From Antedon mediterranea (taxonomy: Eukaryota; Animalia; Echinodermata), in assembly GCF_964355755.1 (NCBI RefSeq), contig NC_092670.1, positions 300,201 through 364,200 of the forward strand: a stretch of 64,000 nucleotides of DNA. Reading direction: 5' to 3'. Both the position numbers and the translations under genes were made by a program. A model generated the notes under the pieces. The model was not told where the DNA came from. It saw only the letters and a list, made by a program, of their open reading frames with translations, and did not search any database. Positions within the stretch are counted from its first letter, which is position 1. Every line of letters begins with the position of its first letter. Below are positions 61,943 through 64,000 of the stretch, in pieces.

Positions 61943-64000
61943 CCGTATATTTCGGTGTATAAGACGCACTTTTGACACGCAAATTTGACCTCTAAATGTT
62001 ACCCTAATTAATTTAATTACCTACTAATACTTAAATTAATTAAAAATAGTATACTACTCTGCAATGTAGGCCTAGCTAGTTACTCACTCCTGTCTAACCA
62101 CAGTGTGGTAACAAGTTTATTGAATTTTTAGTTAAGGTAAACTGTCATCCTCGACTGTATTAATTAATATTACAGTACGCATTAGATATTCTACCCAGGC
62201 CTAGCAATACTCTCTGAACTCGCGGGTGTGTATTCTAGTCTGGGTCCGGTTCCAGACGGAGTTTTGTCTTAATATTAGTAAAAAGATAAATATTTTGGCA
62301 CAGATGGCGTTTCATACGTATACTACTTGATTTTGGATACTCCGTCTGGGGAAACACGCACAAGTCACGTGGTTTGACACCAAGAATTCTTGGTGCATAC
62401 GATTATCCGGTTGACTAGTTTTAGCTGCATGCGATTGGCTACTCACTCGTACACCGTGTAAATATTCATATTTCAGAATTTCAAAGACTCAACAACTAAG
62501 ATGATGCGCATGCGCTATGTTACGTTTAGACAATGTGTACTTGGGTACATTTATGAAAGTTTCTGAAGGCTAGAAATTATTTTATATGCCTAGTAGTCTG
62601 GTAAACATTTGATGGGATTTTTTCCCAAGAACATGAAAACTCGTCTTGATATGATAGGCTATAGCTTCTCCGCAAATCAAACATTGAATGGATCATTTAT
62701 TACGCGGAGATAATTTTGATTTAATTCCCACCGAGACCCTGTCCTGTTCTGTGTGGTGGTGTAGCCCTGTTGTGTGCCGGTGGTGGTATGTAGGGCTACT
62801 TTATTGGCGTTTTATTTGGCAGGTCATGCGTGCGAGTTGAGTGGGACCTCTACGAAAGAGGCCTAGGCCAAGGACTAAACAATTAATAAACAAAACAACT
62901 TGGCATTACGATTTTATATTTCAACAGTCTCGATCGTACATTCAGCACTGTACGTACGTCTCGATCTTTTTCATTTTGAAACAAAATGATCATTGCAGTT
63001 GATTCGAAATCCATATTTACATACCGCCCGCCCCATATAGCCAAATACGGTATGATAACCTACGTCATTCTTATCGGATGTTTGCGGTCTGCAAATCGAT
63101 TTCTATACGTGTTTCACAAGTCTGTATTTTCAGACAAAAATCGCGGTCGAAATAAAAACAAATAAAAAAAAAAAAGATAATACAGACTTGGGGCAAGTCT
63201 AGTGTGTATTCTAGCAGCATGCAGCATCATCACAGCGCAACACATTTATGGAAGAGTCCATTAATTACGGTGGTGTCACATTTTATTTACACAATAACTA
63301 TTTCCCTTGATCACGGTGGTTTATTTTTATTACATCTCTATGTCAACAATCACATAATTTTATAATCATGTAGTCAATAGTTCGTATGTCAAGCGATATC
63401 TAAAAGAGTGTGTTGTTATTGTGTTAAGTAGCTTCCCCTAATCTTATAGTGTATATGGCCAACAGTGCTGGCCACCAGGCAAGGAGCACATGGTTAGTGC
63501 TCTCTCCTCATATTGCTGTAATGCATGTATGGAAATAGGAAAGATTTTCATATAGGCCTACCCAACATGATATTCCTGGTTCATTATCAGCCCAAAAAAC
63601 TGAACATCATTTGGATTGATTTTATAATGGTCATACACACAATAAGAAGGTATATATTTAAATAATATGAAATTAAAGTTACTTAAATAGACTTAGGCTA
63701 GCCCTACCCACACAGTGCATCGTAACTGAAACAATATGGGGATTTCCCTTTTCATTGAACGTTCAGTTGAAGTAGAGACTGATTACGATGTAATAAAGGC
63801 AATCAAACAAAATTATATCATTTGATTCTAATATGTCTCAAATATCGTTATTTTATTATTAAAATACCATTGTTTTGATTGTAAAATGTTTAAATTTCGG
63901 CCTAGAAATAAGTGCGTCTTATGCATCGACTACATAAAAAATACTAATATTTCAGTCTCCGTTATGGGTGCGTCTTATACACAGGTGCGACTTGTACACC
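61943..64000. mobile_element. Tc2/pogo-like non-autonomous element running off the window end; hosts copy 2
   Basis: ta|ccgtatatttcggtgtataagacgcac at the left; gtgcgtcttatacacaggtgcgacttgtacacc at the right edge. Confidence 0.65.
62236..63201 (-). mobile_element. TAG..CTA element of about 0.97 kb, copy 2 (intact, inverted)
   Basis: tagtctgggtccggttccagac ... agacttggggcaagtcta; TSD gtgtgtattc at 62226-62235 and 63202-63211. Confidence 0.88.

Overview
AT-rich animal genomic DNA, not prokaryotic. The repeat types suggest a marine deuterostome, probably an echinoderm (inference). The only well-supported protein-coding gene is Axin, the Wnt destruction-complex scaffold, on the + strand. Ten coding exons from 35016 to 54086 join through GT-AG introns with matching phases into an open frame of 826 aa. 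It carries the tankyrase-binding, RGS, GSK3-binding, beta-catenin-binding and DIX segments in the canonical order. A candidate promoter and non-coding first exon with clustered TCF/LEF motifs lies near 30.2-31.1 kb. The rest is transposon-derived DNA and tandem repeats. Three things stand out. (1) A 10.4-kb nested stack of non-autonomous GG/GAG-terminal elements (19614-30050) sits just upstream of Axin, with five layers bounded by exact 8-10 bp target-site duplications (TSDs). (2) Short TA-duplicating insertions (TA to TAGGCCTA or TACAGTA) are visible by comparing repeat copies, resemble transposon excision footprints, and appear to differ between gene body and intergenic DNA. (3) A pair of elements with hairpin ends and TAG..CTA termini lies at 58.6-63.2 kb. 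Most ORFs in the supplied track are spurious. No new protein-coding system is evident.
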